Below are positions 42,844 to 52,781 of a DNA stretch of 64,000 nucleotides, in pieces (the stretch's first letter is position 1; the number at the start of each line of letters is the position of its first letter). The stretch spans positions 1 to 64,000 of the forward strand of contig JAGNLA010000006.1 of NCBI GenBank assembly GCA_017999835.1. The letters run 5' to 3'. The notes under the pieces were generated by a model that saw only the letters and a program-made list of their open reading frames with translations, ran no database searches and was not told where the DNA came from. Made by a program: the position numbers and the translations under genes. The DNA comes from Caldisericia bacterium. GTDB lineage: Bacteria > Caldisericota > Caldisericia > JAAYUI01.

Positions 42844-44010
42844 GTGAAAAAGAATAGAATCAGAAACATTATTGTTGTCGCCATTGTGATTGTGCTTGTG
42901 GCAGCCGTGACATATGTGGTTTGGGAATCCATAAAGAATTCGAAGAACCAGCCAAAAACAGAGAACCAGATTCTCGTCCCTACGCTTAACGGCCCTGATG
43001 GAGTAGTCGCAAGAGTAGGCAAAGTCGACATTTTACTTAAGGATTATGCCGACATGGTTGCCAAAGAGCGCATCCGTGTAATGTCAGAACAGAACAAAGA
43101 TATTAATGAGCCAAATAATTCTGAACTGGCCAAGGTTGTCAGGGATTCAATACTGAACAATCTTATAGAGATGGCAGTGTACAAAAACTATGCAATCGAA
43201 AATGGACTTGAACCCACTGACGCACAGTTGACCAAGGCAGTCAACGAGGATGTGGATTCTCAGGCAAGCGAGATTGGCGGTTACGACAAGCTCGAAAAAA
43301 AACTCAAAGAGAATGGATTCAAGTCAGTCGAGGATTACAAGAACAAGCTTCGCAGTGAGAATGAATTCCTTGGTTCCATCATTACGGAAGCAGTAAAAAA
43401 AGATATCCAAAAAAATATAAAGATTTCTGAACAAGAAGCCAAGGATTTTTATGAATCCAAGCTTATTGGCATTTCTAGAATAGTTTTCTATTACAACTCC
43501 AAAGAAAATGACGAAACAACAACAAAAGAAGGCTATGAGACCATGAAAAAGTTGAGAGAGCTCATAGGAACCAAAGGTACTTTTGCAGACATAGCCATGG
43601 AATTTTCCGAAGAATATGAAACAGCGCAATATGGTGGCAAAGTCAGCGATCTTTTCATCAAAGGTTCATTGCCTGAGAGCGTAGAAAAGGTCGTGTGGAA
43701 CCTCAAAGTTGGCCAGGTTAGCGAACCGATATTGACAAGTGATTCATTTTGGATTGTAAAGTTGGACATGGAAACCTACGTTTGGCAGTATTACTTTGCC
43801 GACACTACAACAAAAAAGAAAGTTCCGTTTGAGCAGATAAAAAACAAAGTTGGTGACCAGTTGGTGACCATTAAGGCTCTTGAAGAGGAAAACAAATGGT
43901 ACAGCCAATACTCTTCAAAACTTAAAACAGAAATATTCATAGACTATAAAGAAGTGACAGCGCCGGAAAAAACAGAAAATACCGAAAATAAAACGGACAA
44001 AACAAAGTGA
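42844..44010 (+). CDS. Peptidyl-prolyl cis-trans isomerase, SurA/PrsA-like (parvulin)
   Basis: N-terminal signal anchor, SurA-like chaperone region, and a parvulin core (GGKVSDLFIKGSLPESVEKVVWNLKVGQVSEPILTSDSFWIVKL). Confidence 0.75.
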   Translation: MKKNRIRNIIVVAIVIVLVAAVTYVVWESIKNSKNQPKTENQILVPTLNGPDGVVARVGKVDILLKDYADMVAKERIRVMSEQNKDINEPNNSELAKVVRDSILNNLIEMAVYKNYAIENGLEPTDAQLTKAVNEDVDSQASEIGGYDKLEKKLKENGFKSVEDYKNKLRSENEFLGSIITEAVKKDIQKNIKISEQEAKDFYESKLIGISRIVFYYNSKENDETTTKEGYETMKKLRELIGTKGTFADIAMEFSEEYETAQYGGKVSDLFIKGSLPESVEKVVWNLKVGQVSEPILTSDSFWIVKLDMETYVWQYYFADTTTKKKVPFEQIKNKVGDQLVTIKALEEENKWYSQYSSKLKTEIFIDYKEVTAPEKTENTENKTDKTK

Positions 44011-44107
44011 TTTTGCCAGCCAGAAATCTTTAGGTTTTTGTATAGCCTCCCAATGGAGCCATTGAACTGATTTTCGGTTTGTGGTTTATTAATATCAAAT
44101 ATAAAAT

Positions 44108-47100
44108 ATGTCAGGGGATTGGCATTTCTTCCCTGGAGGTGAAATGAGAAGAACTCTGGCCTTTCTGGCATTGGCGCTTGCTTTTTCAGGCATAAACCCA
44201 ACCTGGGCAGCATCGGGTGCAGACAACTCTTTTTTCAAGGTTCTTGCTCCTTCCCAGTCAGATGGTGACTGCACTCTCAGGCTGTCTTTCCAGATAGGGA
44301 AAACCTATTACTGGAAGAACGGTCAGATAAAGGGTGTGTCTCCGGACACGACTCCACCGATGGGTACGGCTCCGGAAATCAAGAAGGGCAAAACCTTCCT
44401 GATAATCCGCTACATCACCTCCGAGGTTGGCGCCACGCTACAATATTGGAAAAAAGGGACAGGCGAGGACAAAACAAAACAGGATCAGGTCAGAATTGTC
44501 ACAAAGCAGGGCAAGATTATTGACTTGTGGATTGGCAACCCGATGGCAAAAATAAACGGTGTTTCGGTTGCCATTGACCCAACCGATTCGACAGGGCAGA
44601 TTGCGCCATACATCAAAGGCAAAGGCTACACCATGCTTCCTCTGAGGTTTGTCGGTGACAACCTCGGTGCCAAAATAAACTGGATATCATCATCAACCAC
44701 AGCAGAACTCATCTTTACCGATGAAGAGTGTATAAAAAAATGCTGTGAGTTTTCTGTAGAACCGACAGAACAGATTTCTCTGTGTCCAGGTGAAGAAAAG
44801 TCGGTTAATCTGGCAGTTAAGAATATTTGCCAGGGCAAATCCATCACGCTATCTTTTACGCCAGGCTCAGGCATTTCAGCAATTGACAACAAGCAACTGA
44901 CCATTGAGGCAAACGGTACGGCAATCCTCAAAGCGACCGTGGCGATGCCAACGGTAATTTCTGAAAAAGCGGTTTTCACGCTCAAGGTTTCTTCCGATTG
45001 CGGAGTTGACAAAGAAGTCCAAATCGAGGCGCTTTTCAGGGAACAGCAGTGCCTCAACGAGTGCCAGTGGATCTGTGGTTGCATTGGCAAACTCACCCAG
45101 TCGCAGGATGTTGTGATCGTAGAGTTTTTTGAAGGATGCGCCAAAAAGAACCAAAGAAACTACATCGATACCGGCTCAACAAAAGACCTAATGCTTGGTC
45201 TAACTTTTGGCCAGTATGTTGACAAATATGGCTCAAACCCTTGCGCGCAGATTTGTGTCGATGAAGATGGTGACATCCAGGCTTGGAGGGCTTTCCCGGA
45301 CAGAACACCCTGCTGTCAGGATCACGTGTTTGCAAAACTCGACCTTGTGGACTGCAACTTGAAAATTGCGACAGGAGTCGATCCTGAAGGCACCAGATGG
45401 GTGTTTGACCTGTCGGAGTTTGAAGGCTGTGACGCTTTTGTCGCTGGCAAATGCTACGATTTTGCTGGAACTACCGTCAGGCCCAGGGGCATATCTTTTT
45501 CAGGTTCAGGTTTGCTCGAAGTCACGTCAGTTCAGGAAAAGGATTGTCAGGGAGCGGTTTTAACCGGCAAAGTGTCAATAATCCAGTGCAAGTCGAATCC
45601 GCCAATGGCCATGCTTGACACTGGAGATGGTAGTTCAGTCGAAGTTGAGTTGTTGTGCCAGAGCATGAGGAATGCCGATGGCAGGATTGTGGACTGTCAG
45701 GAAGTCAGGGATGGCGATTGTTTGACGTTTGTCGGATACCATTCTGGAGAACGTTTTGTCGCGTGCAAAGGCGACATACTTCCGTGCATGGCAACCTTCG
45801 AGACTTTCGATTGTCGACTCGACAGCGTGGTTTTACAAAACAATGCTTTGTTGTCAGTGAAAGCGTTTATTGGATGCAAAGGTGAGCAAACCACATTCAC
45901 ATCACCGAGAATGCTTGGCGATGACCTGTCTGAATACAGGAACCTGCTCTCATACTCGGTAACCGGCAACTACGCGAGGCTGACTGTAAACGACTCGACA
46001 ATCGTCCGCTGGAAACCATTGCTGACAGGATGCGGAACCTGCGTTGAGGAACAGCTATTTGAAATCATTGAAGCAAAAATAACTGAGAAATCGGATCAAA
46101 TGATTGTCATCGCTCGAAATCTGGACGGCAGGCTTGTAACCTTTGAAGCAGCCAAGGTTGACGAAGCAATGTTGACCTATAAAGGCACGGCCAAACTTTC
46201 CATCGATGGAAACGGCAAAATTTCAGGCTGGGAAAAACTTTCCGGTGGTTGCTGTTTTGCTGAACAGGGCAGGCTTGTACCATCGAAGAAATCGCTTGCT
46301 GTAAGCTCCATTTCTACTGAAATCGTTACCGGCGACCAGCTGAAGGTTTCAAATGAGTTGGGTGACATCGAGCTTCAACAACTCAAACTAAAACTTTCAA
46401 CACAGGTCAACCCATGGGACAGTTTCCAGCAATATGGAGCAAACTGGATTGGCTCCGACCTTTCAAGTTCGGGTGACACGATCGAATTCCTGCAGTCTTT
46501 CTGCGTACCAGAGTGTACGGCTGCCAGGCTTAAAATACTGAATACTTCAACCACGCAAATTTTCCTTGATGAGGGCAAGACTCCGATGGCAACAGCCGAA
46601 GGAATTGCCCACCTTTCAGATATCTTTTTTACTGTGCCTGCTGGCAGCCACAAGCTTAGATTTGTCCAGAAAAAATCTGCATTTTCTGGATTGATGTTTG
46701 TTCTGACAGGTCAACCTTCCAAAGAGTGCAAAACTTCTAGTTACCAAATCTCCTTTGGTACAGACAGAACGCTTGAAGGCGCCTGTGCTGGGCAAAAGAA
46801 AAAATATGCCTTGCTCCTTTCAAACACTGGCGAAGAAACAAAAACTTTCTCTATAACCCCGGTCAGCGTTGGTCTGGTCATCAACCCCTCAACGGTCAAA
46901 ATCCCAGCTGGCGAACAGGAACTGGTGCAGGTTACGGTTTTGATGCCGGAAAACCCTGAAAATTCAGCTTCTGTAACATTCAGTTTCTATCTTCAGGTTG
47001 ACGGCACGCAACAATCGATGATCGATTTTTCAATTCCGTATGGACAGTGTGATGATTGTTCCCTAAAAACCGACAACACGTTGATAATTCTGCCTGAAAT

Positions 47101-48679
47101 GTGCCCGGATGATTCATCCAAAATAGAGATAAACCTGAAAAACTCATGCTCCAGGGAACTGACCTTAAAATCTGTGTCTGAGGACAAAATGCTCGAGTTG
47201 CCTGCAACAGAGATGATCCTTAAGGCTGATGATGCTCTTTCTTTCAATGTTATTTTCAAAATGCCGGCAAGAGGCGATTCAAAATTCCTCTTTGCCAGCT
47301 TTAGCTTGAAATCTGAAGATAAAACTGTCGTTTATTATGATGTTGTGGCGATGTTCAAAAACGATGAACAATGCTGCTGTGATTTTGGTGTTGAGCTTGT
47401 TACGAGGTTTGTTGCCGAACAAACCATGGAACCTGGCGAAACATTCACCTATGACTATCTGGTAAAAAACAAATGTTCGGGCAGAAAGCTGAGTTTCACA
47501 ATTTCAAAAGGCGACAACATTGTTTCAGTCTCCCCTGAAAGCTTTATTGTCGATGCTGGCAAATCCGTGCCTATGCAGGTGAAGGCGCTTATGCCAGAAA
47601 AAAAAGGCGAGTATGCCCCTTTCAGTTTTGCTGTTGCATGCGATTGCGGAAAAAAAGCTAATATCAGCTTCACAGTAAAATACAAGCAGCAGGCTGTCTG
47701 CTGTGATTATGAGGTTGGATTCACCCAGGACATTCCTCAACCGTTGATGCTTGAACCAGATACGCAGTATGTTTTTGGTATGGGCGTTAAAAACAAGTGC
47801 AAAGAAGTCACCATTTCAGCAACTGTTATCGGTGGAGATTATGTTCAGCAGGTTGAACCAGGGAAACTCATTGTTGGCCCAGGACAAATTGCCGGATTCA
47901 GACTTTTCGTCAAAATGCCATCATGCAAACAGGGCGAGATCGTAACCTTCCGGTTCAGGGTCATTGTTGATGGATGCGACGAGAAAACCTATGAAATACC
48001 TGCTGCCTGTGGAACACAGATGGCAAACTGTTGTGATTATGACATTTCCGATGTTGACGGTCAGTTGAAAAACCTGAAAATTTGCCCCGGAGAATCCAAA
48101 ACCATCAAGCTGACCCTGGTCAACAAATGTCAGGATCGTTTGCTAACCGGCTCAATAAAGAACGGTGATGGAATCAGCGTAGATCCGCCTAATTTTACCA
48201 TCCAGGCCGGGAAGTCAATTTATATCTATATCACAGTTACCATGCCACAGAATGCCACAATTGGCAGTGCCTACACATTCGCATTTCTGGTGATGATTCC
48301 GGGGTGCACTAACAGAAAATATTCGTTTGAAGTGATATGTACAAGTTGTGGTAACGAACCTGAAGGGTGCTGTGATTTTACCTTGAATCTGATTTCCAAT
48401 CCTCCTTCATGTGTCACACCTGGGAAATCGTTTGAAATGACTTTTGAACTGTGCAATTTGTGTTCAAAAAGCATGCAATTTTCGGTTTCCGGGACAGGCG
48501 TCAATACGGGTGTGTTGGCCGTAGGGGCAAACACGTGCACCAGATTTAACGTTTTGTTTTATGTTCCACAGAATGTTTCGAATGTCTATACAATCAAGAT
48601 GAGCGTGTTGATGACGTCTCCAACGGAATGCGTAGGGAAAGGCAAACAGATTGAACTGCCGTTGAAGGTTTGCAATTGA
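44108..48679 (+). CDS. Giant secreted Cys-rich repeat protein (1523 aa) with N-terminal Cu-amine-oxidase-N1-like domain
   Basis: Signal peptide. N-terminal stalk-like domain (YYWKNGQIKG...FLIIRYITSEVGATL...YTMLPLRFVGDNLGAKINW). Then at least 9 modules of ~110 aa that start with CCEF/CCDF/CCDY and carry conserved internal Cys (..LCPGE..NLAVKNICQG..). Confidence 0.85.
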   Translation: MSGDWHFFPGGEMRRTLAFLALALAFSGINPTWAASGADNSFFKVLAPSQSDGDCTLRLSFQIGKTYYWKNGQIKGVSPDTTPPMGTAPEIKKGKTFLIIRYITSEVGATLQYWKKGTGEDKTKQDQVRIVTKQGKIIDLWIGNPMAKINGVSVAIDPTDSTGQIAPYIKGKGYTMLPLRFVGDNLGAKINWISSSTTAELIFTDEECIKKCCEFSVEPTEQISLCPGEEKSVNLAVKNICQGKSITLSFTPGSGISAIDNKQLTIEANGTAILKATVAMPTVISEKAVFTLKVSSDCGVDKEVQIEALFREQQCLNECQWICGCIGKLTQSQDVVIVEFFEGCAKKNQRNYIDTGSTKDLMLGLTFGQYVDKYGSNPCAQICVDEDGDIQAWRAFPDRTPCCQDHVFAKLDLVDCNLKIATGVDPEGTRWVFDLSEFEGCDAFVAGKCYDFAGTTVRPRGISFSGSGLLEVTSVQEKDCQGAVLTGKVSIIQCKSNPPMAMLDTGDGSSVEVELLCQSMRNADGRIVDCQEVRDGDCLTFVGYHSGERFVACKGDILPCMATFETFDCRLDSVVLQNNALLSVKAFIGCKGEQTTFTSPRMLGDDLSEYRNLLSYSVTGNYARLTVNDSTIVRWKPLLTGCGTCVEEQLFEIIEAKITEKSDQMIVIARNLDGRLVTFEAAKVDEAMLTYKGTAKLSIDGNGKISGWEKLSGGCCFAEQGRLVPSKKSLAVSSISTEIVTGDQLKVSNELGDIELQQLKLKLSTQVNPWDSFQQYGANWIGSDLSSSGDTIEFLQSFCVPECTAARLKILNTSTTQIFLDEGKTPMATAEGIAHLSDIFFTVPAGSHKLRFVQKKSAFSGLMFVLTGQPSKECKTSSYQISFGTDRTLEGACAGQKKKYALLLSNTGEETKTFSITPVSVGLVINPSTVKIPAGEQELVQVTVLMPENPENSASVTFSFYLQVDGTQQSMIDFSIPYGQCDDCSLKTDNTLIILPEMCPDDSSKIEINLKNSCSRELTLKSVSEDKMLELPATEMILKADDALSFNVIFKMPARGDSKFLFASFSLKSEDKTVVYYDVVAMFKNDEQCCCDFGVELVTRFVAEQTMEPGETFTYDYLVKNKCSGRKLSFTISKGDNIVSVSPESFIVDAGKSVPMQVKALMPEKKGEYAPFSFAVACDCGKKANISFTVKYKQQAVCCDYEVGFTQDIPQPLMLEPDTQYVFGMGVKNKCKEVTISATVIGGDYVQQVEPGKLIVGPGQIAGFRLFVKMPSCKQGEIVTFRFRVIVDGCDEKTYEIPAACGTQMANCCDYDISDVDGQLKNLKICPGESKTIKLTLVNKCQDRLLTGSIKNGDGISVDPPNFTIQAGKSIYIYITVTMPQNATIGSAYTFAFLVMIPGCTNRKYSFEVICTSCGNEPEGCCDFTLNLISNPPSCVTPGKSFEMTFELCNLCSKSMQFSVSGTGVNTGVLAVGANTCTRFNVLFYVPQNVSNVYTIKMSVLMTSPTECVGKGKQIELPLKVCN

Positions 48680-48803
48680 AAATATTTTCGCCAATTTTGC
48701 GCCAATGTTTGTAAATTGTAAACAATAATAATAGGAAATTGCAAATTAATATGAATAAATATGATTTATTAACTGTATAAAATAATGAATAAATTGAAAA
48801 ATA

Positions 48804-48834
48804 AATCATCTTTTCTTAAAAATAAAAGATGATT
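48804..48834 (+). other. 11-bp perfect hairpin in a very AT-rich spacer
   Basis: AAATCATCTTTT-cttaaaaat-AAAAGATGATT within a 350-bp intergenic stretch of ~22% GC. Confidence 0.4.
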
Positions 48835-49029
48835 GGATTATCATGTTTTTGAGAAAAGTTGAATAGGGAGCTGAATAATTCAGGAATATCAATGGTTATC
48901 AAATCATAAATATTATTTTGTGTAGTACTGTTGTTTTTGGCTGAAGAATAATTCTATTATCTTTAATTATCGGTTCCAAACATCGCTTCAATGCAATAAA
49001 ATCTTATCGAATTTCTTTGGAGGTGATGC

Positions 49030-52000
49030 ATGAGGCGATTATTTATCAAAATTGCGCTGGTGGCCATGATTGTTGGATTGTTTGCCCCAATCATGCCGCA
49101 AGTTATGGCTGCTCCGTCAACAATCACGTTGACAGCAACCCCTGGCTGCGGATATGTGTTGCTCAAATGGACAGACACCGATAGGGCTTATCAATTCGAA
49201 CCACAACTTGTGCTTGATGACGGTTCGACATATCCAATTGAGGATTTTCCACTTGTCGGGAAATATGAATACAAACACGAAGGTTTGACTGAAGGCAAGG
49301 AATATTGCTATGTAGTCGTCAGTCGAGACAAGGATGCCAACAAGATTGCCGAGAGCAACAAAGCATGCGCAACACCGGTGTGCAAGGAAGATTGCACCTG
49401 GAAATGCGGATGCTTCAAAGAATTGGTTGCAACCGCTGCAAACGTTGTAAAATTCTCTGAAGGCTGCAATGACAGCGTTACACCATCGTTGCTTAGTTTT
49501 CCACCGACCCTTGTTGACCAGCTTCATAGTTGGACTATCGAGCAGTACCTCAAGATTTGCAAGGAAAAGGGCGTCAACCCATGCGTTCGGGTGTGCGTTG
49601 GCCCAAACAACAACATTGTTGCCTGGAAAGCTGACATCGAGGGCAACGATTGCTGCAAGCCGCAGACTCCAACGCCTGTCATTGAATGCTTCTGCATAAA
49701 ACTCACTGAAATCGATTGTAACCAGGTCTTTGCTCGTGGTGTGGCAAGTGACGGCGCCCCATGGTGCATAGTTGGGTTAACCACCGCCCAGTGCAAGGAT
49801 TTGAAAGTCGGACTGTGCTACAAGGTTTGTGGCGAAGAAATCATTCCTGGTCCAACTGAAAAGTGGTCATGCAGAAGGATAAAAATCGGCACGATAACAC
49901 AGGCGCAATGCGATTGCAAATGCCTGTGCGTGAAAGTGTCAAAAATCCAGTGTCAGACTGCAGCAACCAATAACCCATTCCCGATTTTCTATGGCACTGA
50001 TGAAAACGGCAACGCCGTGACAGCTGTCATCCAGGACGCCACAATCACTGATCTTTCCGGCAATGTTGTAAAGTGTGAAGACATCAAACCAGAAACCTGC
50101 TGGAACCTTTGTGGGTTCTGGAGAGAAGCAGCTACTGGCGCTGCGCCTGTGTTTGTGGTGTTGCAGGCAGAGCAGGTTGATTGCGCCAAGTGCGTCAAGC
50201 AGTGCTGCGAATTCAGGATCAAACCAAAAGTAAACCTGCCTGAATGCGTAAACCCTGGGCAACAGTTCTCTTTCTATTTTGATCTGGAAAGCTATTGTGA
50301 CTCAAGAATAACTTTCGACATGGTAATAGTGAACAACACGCCTGGCCTGACTGCTACCGTGTCTCCGACATCTGTCACTACTCCTGCTTATGTACCGCCA
50401 AATCCTGGAGTGGCCGGAGTGTATGTGACCGGAACAGTGCCAACCGCATGTGAAAAGTTGGAGTTGATTTTGCAGGCATGGCCAAAAGACAGCAAGTGCA
50501 ATATGGTTGAGTACAAGATTTCCATACCATGCTGCAACACCTGCTGCAAGTATGATGTTAAACTAAAAGGCACGTTGCCTGAATGTGTCAAGCCAGGCGA
50601 AAAATATGTTCTTACATATGAAATATACAACTATTGCGCAAATCCGATAAACTTCAGCATGGCTTACACCATCCAATCAGGTGGTGTGTCACCGATTGTT
50701 GACCCGATGATGCTGACAGTCCCAGCAGGAACGCTTGCCCCAGGCGTTGCAACCTTTACAGCCACAGTCACGGCTCCAACCAATTGCACTGGAGAGATAG
50801 CCTTTACGCTCATTGTTAACCCCAACAACATGCCAAACTGTCCAAAGAAGGAGATACCTGTAAAGCTCAAATGCTGTGGCACATGTTGCCAGTTTGAGAT
50901 AAAAAAACTTACAGAAATTCCAACCTGTCTGGATGCTGGAAAAAAAGTAACAGTAAGATACAGGCTATATAACACCTGCAATCCTTGCACGCCAATACCT
51001 TATATCATCGTGCCAAGCACAAACGTTACGGTTAATTCGGCAACCAGTGGCACCATCCCATGCGGCAACACAAACTATGTTGATATCAGCGTGACTTTCA
51101 CCATGCCAAAGCCCTGCAAGGAAACAACATTCATGTTTGTCATCTCTGCCTGTGGAAAACGTACTCCTGTTCAGGTCAAGATTCCTTGCTGCAATCCTTG
51201 CTGCAAGCTTGAAGTCAAACGCATGACCGACTTGCCAAAGTGTCTTGATGCTGGCCAGAAGACAACTATCCGTTACAGAATCTACAACCTCTGCGATCCT
51301 TGCAAACCAATTCCAATCAAGATTTATCCGGGAACTGGAGTAACCATAAATACCCCTTCAGGTGGGGCAGGAACGGTTCCATGCAAACCGAATTACCTTG
51401 ACGTAAGCGTTACTTTCACAATGCCAAAGCCTTGTAAGGACACCGTCTTCCAGTTCAAGGTTGTTGCATGTGACAAAACCACTCTTGTTGAAGCCAAAAT
51501 CCCTTGCTGCACAGTGACGTGCTGCGACTACACGGTCAAGATGACGTCGAATTTGCCAGAGTGTCTCAAACTTGGCCAAAAGTACGATCTGAAATTCGAA
51601 ATCTGTAATAAATGTTCGACAGCGACAACTCTTGCCTTGAGCAGATGCCCTGGAACAACAGGGCTGACTGTTTCCCCGGCAACGCTCAACCTTGGCCCGT
51701 CTGGATCGAAATCAGCATGCATGACTGTGACAGTTACCATCTGGGCTGACGAAAACACATGCAAACAAAACAATGGTGTTATTGAGTTCTGTCTGATGAC
51801 CAAGGTTGTAACTCCAAAAGATTGTGGTGATGGCAGCATAAAATATACAAAGTTCAGAGCAATGTGCTGCGACTATGAAAGGAAGAACTGCTGCCAGTTT
51901 GAAATCACGCCACTCAACTCGCCACCGTCAGAGCTTGCGCCAGGTGAGACATTCATGGTCAAATATCAGGTGTCAAACAAGGGAGACAGGGCCACATGTG

Positions 52001-52716
52001 CTCCGCTGAACATGTTCATAAAAAATATTCAACCAGTAGATGCCATCGTTATTTCACCGATGACTTTCACTATTGCAGCTGGCGGGATGGTCAACCTTGA
52101 TGCGAAGATAATCATGCCTGATTGTACGTCTGATACAGTTACGTTTAGTTTCGAGATATGGTTTGAAGGGTGCGAGAAACCTGCCATTGTCAAATTTGAT
52201 GTTGCCTGTACACAAGGATGCAAGCTCAACCTGATGTACAAGATAAACGTCAAGCAGTATTGGAAAAACGGTGAGTTTGTCGAGGACATGCCAGTTACGC
52301 CTGTAATCAGGTCTGACATGAATGACAGATCGTTCCTGGTTATCAGATATGTTACAAAACATGTGGGTGCCACACTTAGTTATGATTCAGCTCAAAAAAT
52401 GGTCACCATTGTCACCAAGTTTGGTAAAAAGATTGTGCTCTGGATTGGCAACAGCAAGGCTCAGGTCGATGGAAAGGAAGTGGATATCGACCCGACAGAC
52501 ACCAAGAAGACCGTCAAACCATTTATCAGTGGTCAGGGTTACACCATGCTTCCGCTGAGATTTGTTTCGACCCATCTTGGGGCGCTTCAGGTCAAGTGGC
52601 ATGGCGATACCCAGATAGCAGAGCTGATTTTTGACTGTAACACAGCAACTGACACGGCCGTACCAGCAACAAGACCAGGAAATGCTGTTAACAGATGGGA
52701 TTGTGTAGCCCAATAA
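49030..52716 (+). CDS. Giant secreted Cys-rich repeat protein (1228 aa) with C-terminal Cu-amine-oxidase-N1-like domain
   Basis: Signal peptide. FN3-like N-terminal region. A C-x-W-x-C-G-C cysteine knot region paralogous to the preceding gene. At least 7 modules start with CCEF / CCxxCC(K/Q/D)(Y/F/L) ... P(E/K/T)C(L/V).(A/P)G.K. A C-terminal stalk domain is about 45% identical to the N-terminus of the preceding protein. Confidence 0.85.
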   Translation: MRRLFIKIALVAMIVGLFAPIMPQVMAAPSTITLTATPGCGYVLLKWTDTDRAYQFEPQLVLDDGSTYPIEDFPLVGKYEYKHEGLTEGKEYCYVVVSRDKDANKIAESNKACATPVCKEDCTWKCGCFKELVATAANVVKFSEGCNDSVTPSLLSFPPTLVDQLHSWTIEQYLKICKEKGVNPCVRVCVGPNNNIVAWKADIEGNDCCKPQTPTPVIECFCIKLTEIDCNQVFARGVASDGAPWCIVGLTTAQCKDLKVGLCYKVCGEEIIPGPTEKWSCRRIKIGTITQAQCDCKCLCVKVSKIQCQTAATNNPFPIFYGTDENGNAVTAVIQDATITDLSGNVVKCEDIKPETCWNLCGFWREAATGAAPVFVVLQAEQVDCAKCVKQCCEFRIKPKVNLPECVNPGQQFSFYFDLESYCDSRITFDMVIVNNTPGLTATVSPTSVTTPAYVPPNPGVAGVYVTGTVPTACEKLELILQAWPKDSKCNMVEYKISIPCCNTCCKYDVKLKGTLPECVKPGEKYVLTYEIYNYCANPINFSMAYTIQSGGVSPIVDPMMLTVPAGTLAPGVATFTATVTAPTNCTGEIAFTLIVNPNNMPNCPKKEIPVKLKCCGTCCQFEIKKLTEIPTCLDAGKKVTVRYRLYNTCNPCTPIPYIIVPSTNVTVNSATSGTIPCGNTNYVDISVTFTMPKPCKETTFMFVISACGKRTPVQVKIPCCNPCCKLEVKRMTDLPKCLDAGQKTTIRYRIYNLCDPCKPIPIKIYPGTGVTINTPSGGAGTVPCKPNYLDVSVTFTMPKPCKDTVFQFKVVACDKTTLVEAKIPCCTVTCCDYTVKMTSNLPECLKLGQKYDLKFEICNKCSTATTLALSRCPGTTGLTVSPATLNLGPSGSKSACMTVTVTIWADENTCKQNNGVIEFCLMTKVVTPKDCGDGSIKYTKFRAMCCDYERKNCCQFEITPLNSPPSELAPGETFMVKYQVSNKGDRATCAPLNMFIKNIQPVDAIVISPMTFTIAAGGMVNLDAKIIMPDCTSDTVTFSFEIWFEGCEKPAIVKFDVACTQGCKLNLMYKINVKQYWKNGEFVEDMPVTPVIRSDMNDRSFLVIRYVTKHVGATLSYDSAQKMVTIVTKFGKKIVLWIGNSKAQVDGKEVDIDPTDTKKTVKPFISGQGYTMLPLRFVSTHLGALQVKWHGDTQIAELIFDCNTATDTAVPATRPGNAVNRWDCVAQ

Positions 52717-52734
52717 GTCAAAACGTAACTCAAC

Positions 52735-52768
52735 AAAAAACCGCACCTTTACGGTGCGGTTTTTTTGA
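52735..52768. terminator. Bidirectional rho-independent terminator
   Basis: A6-CCGCACCtttacGGTGCGG-T7. Confidence 0.8.
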
Positions 52769-52781
52769 TGTCGATGCAGAG

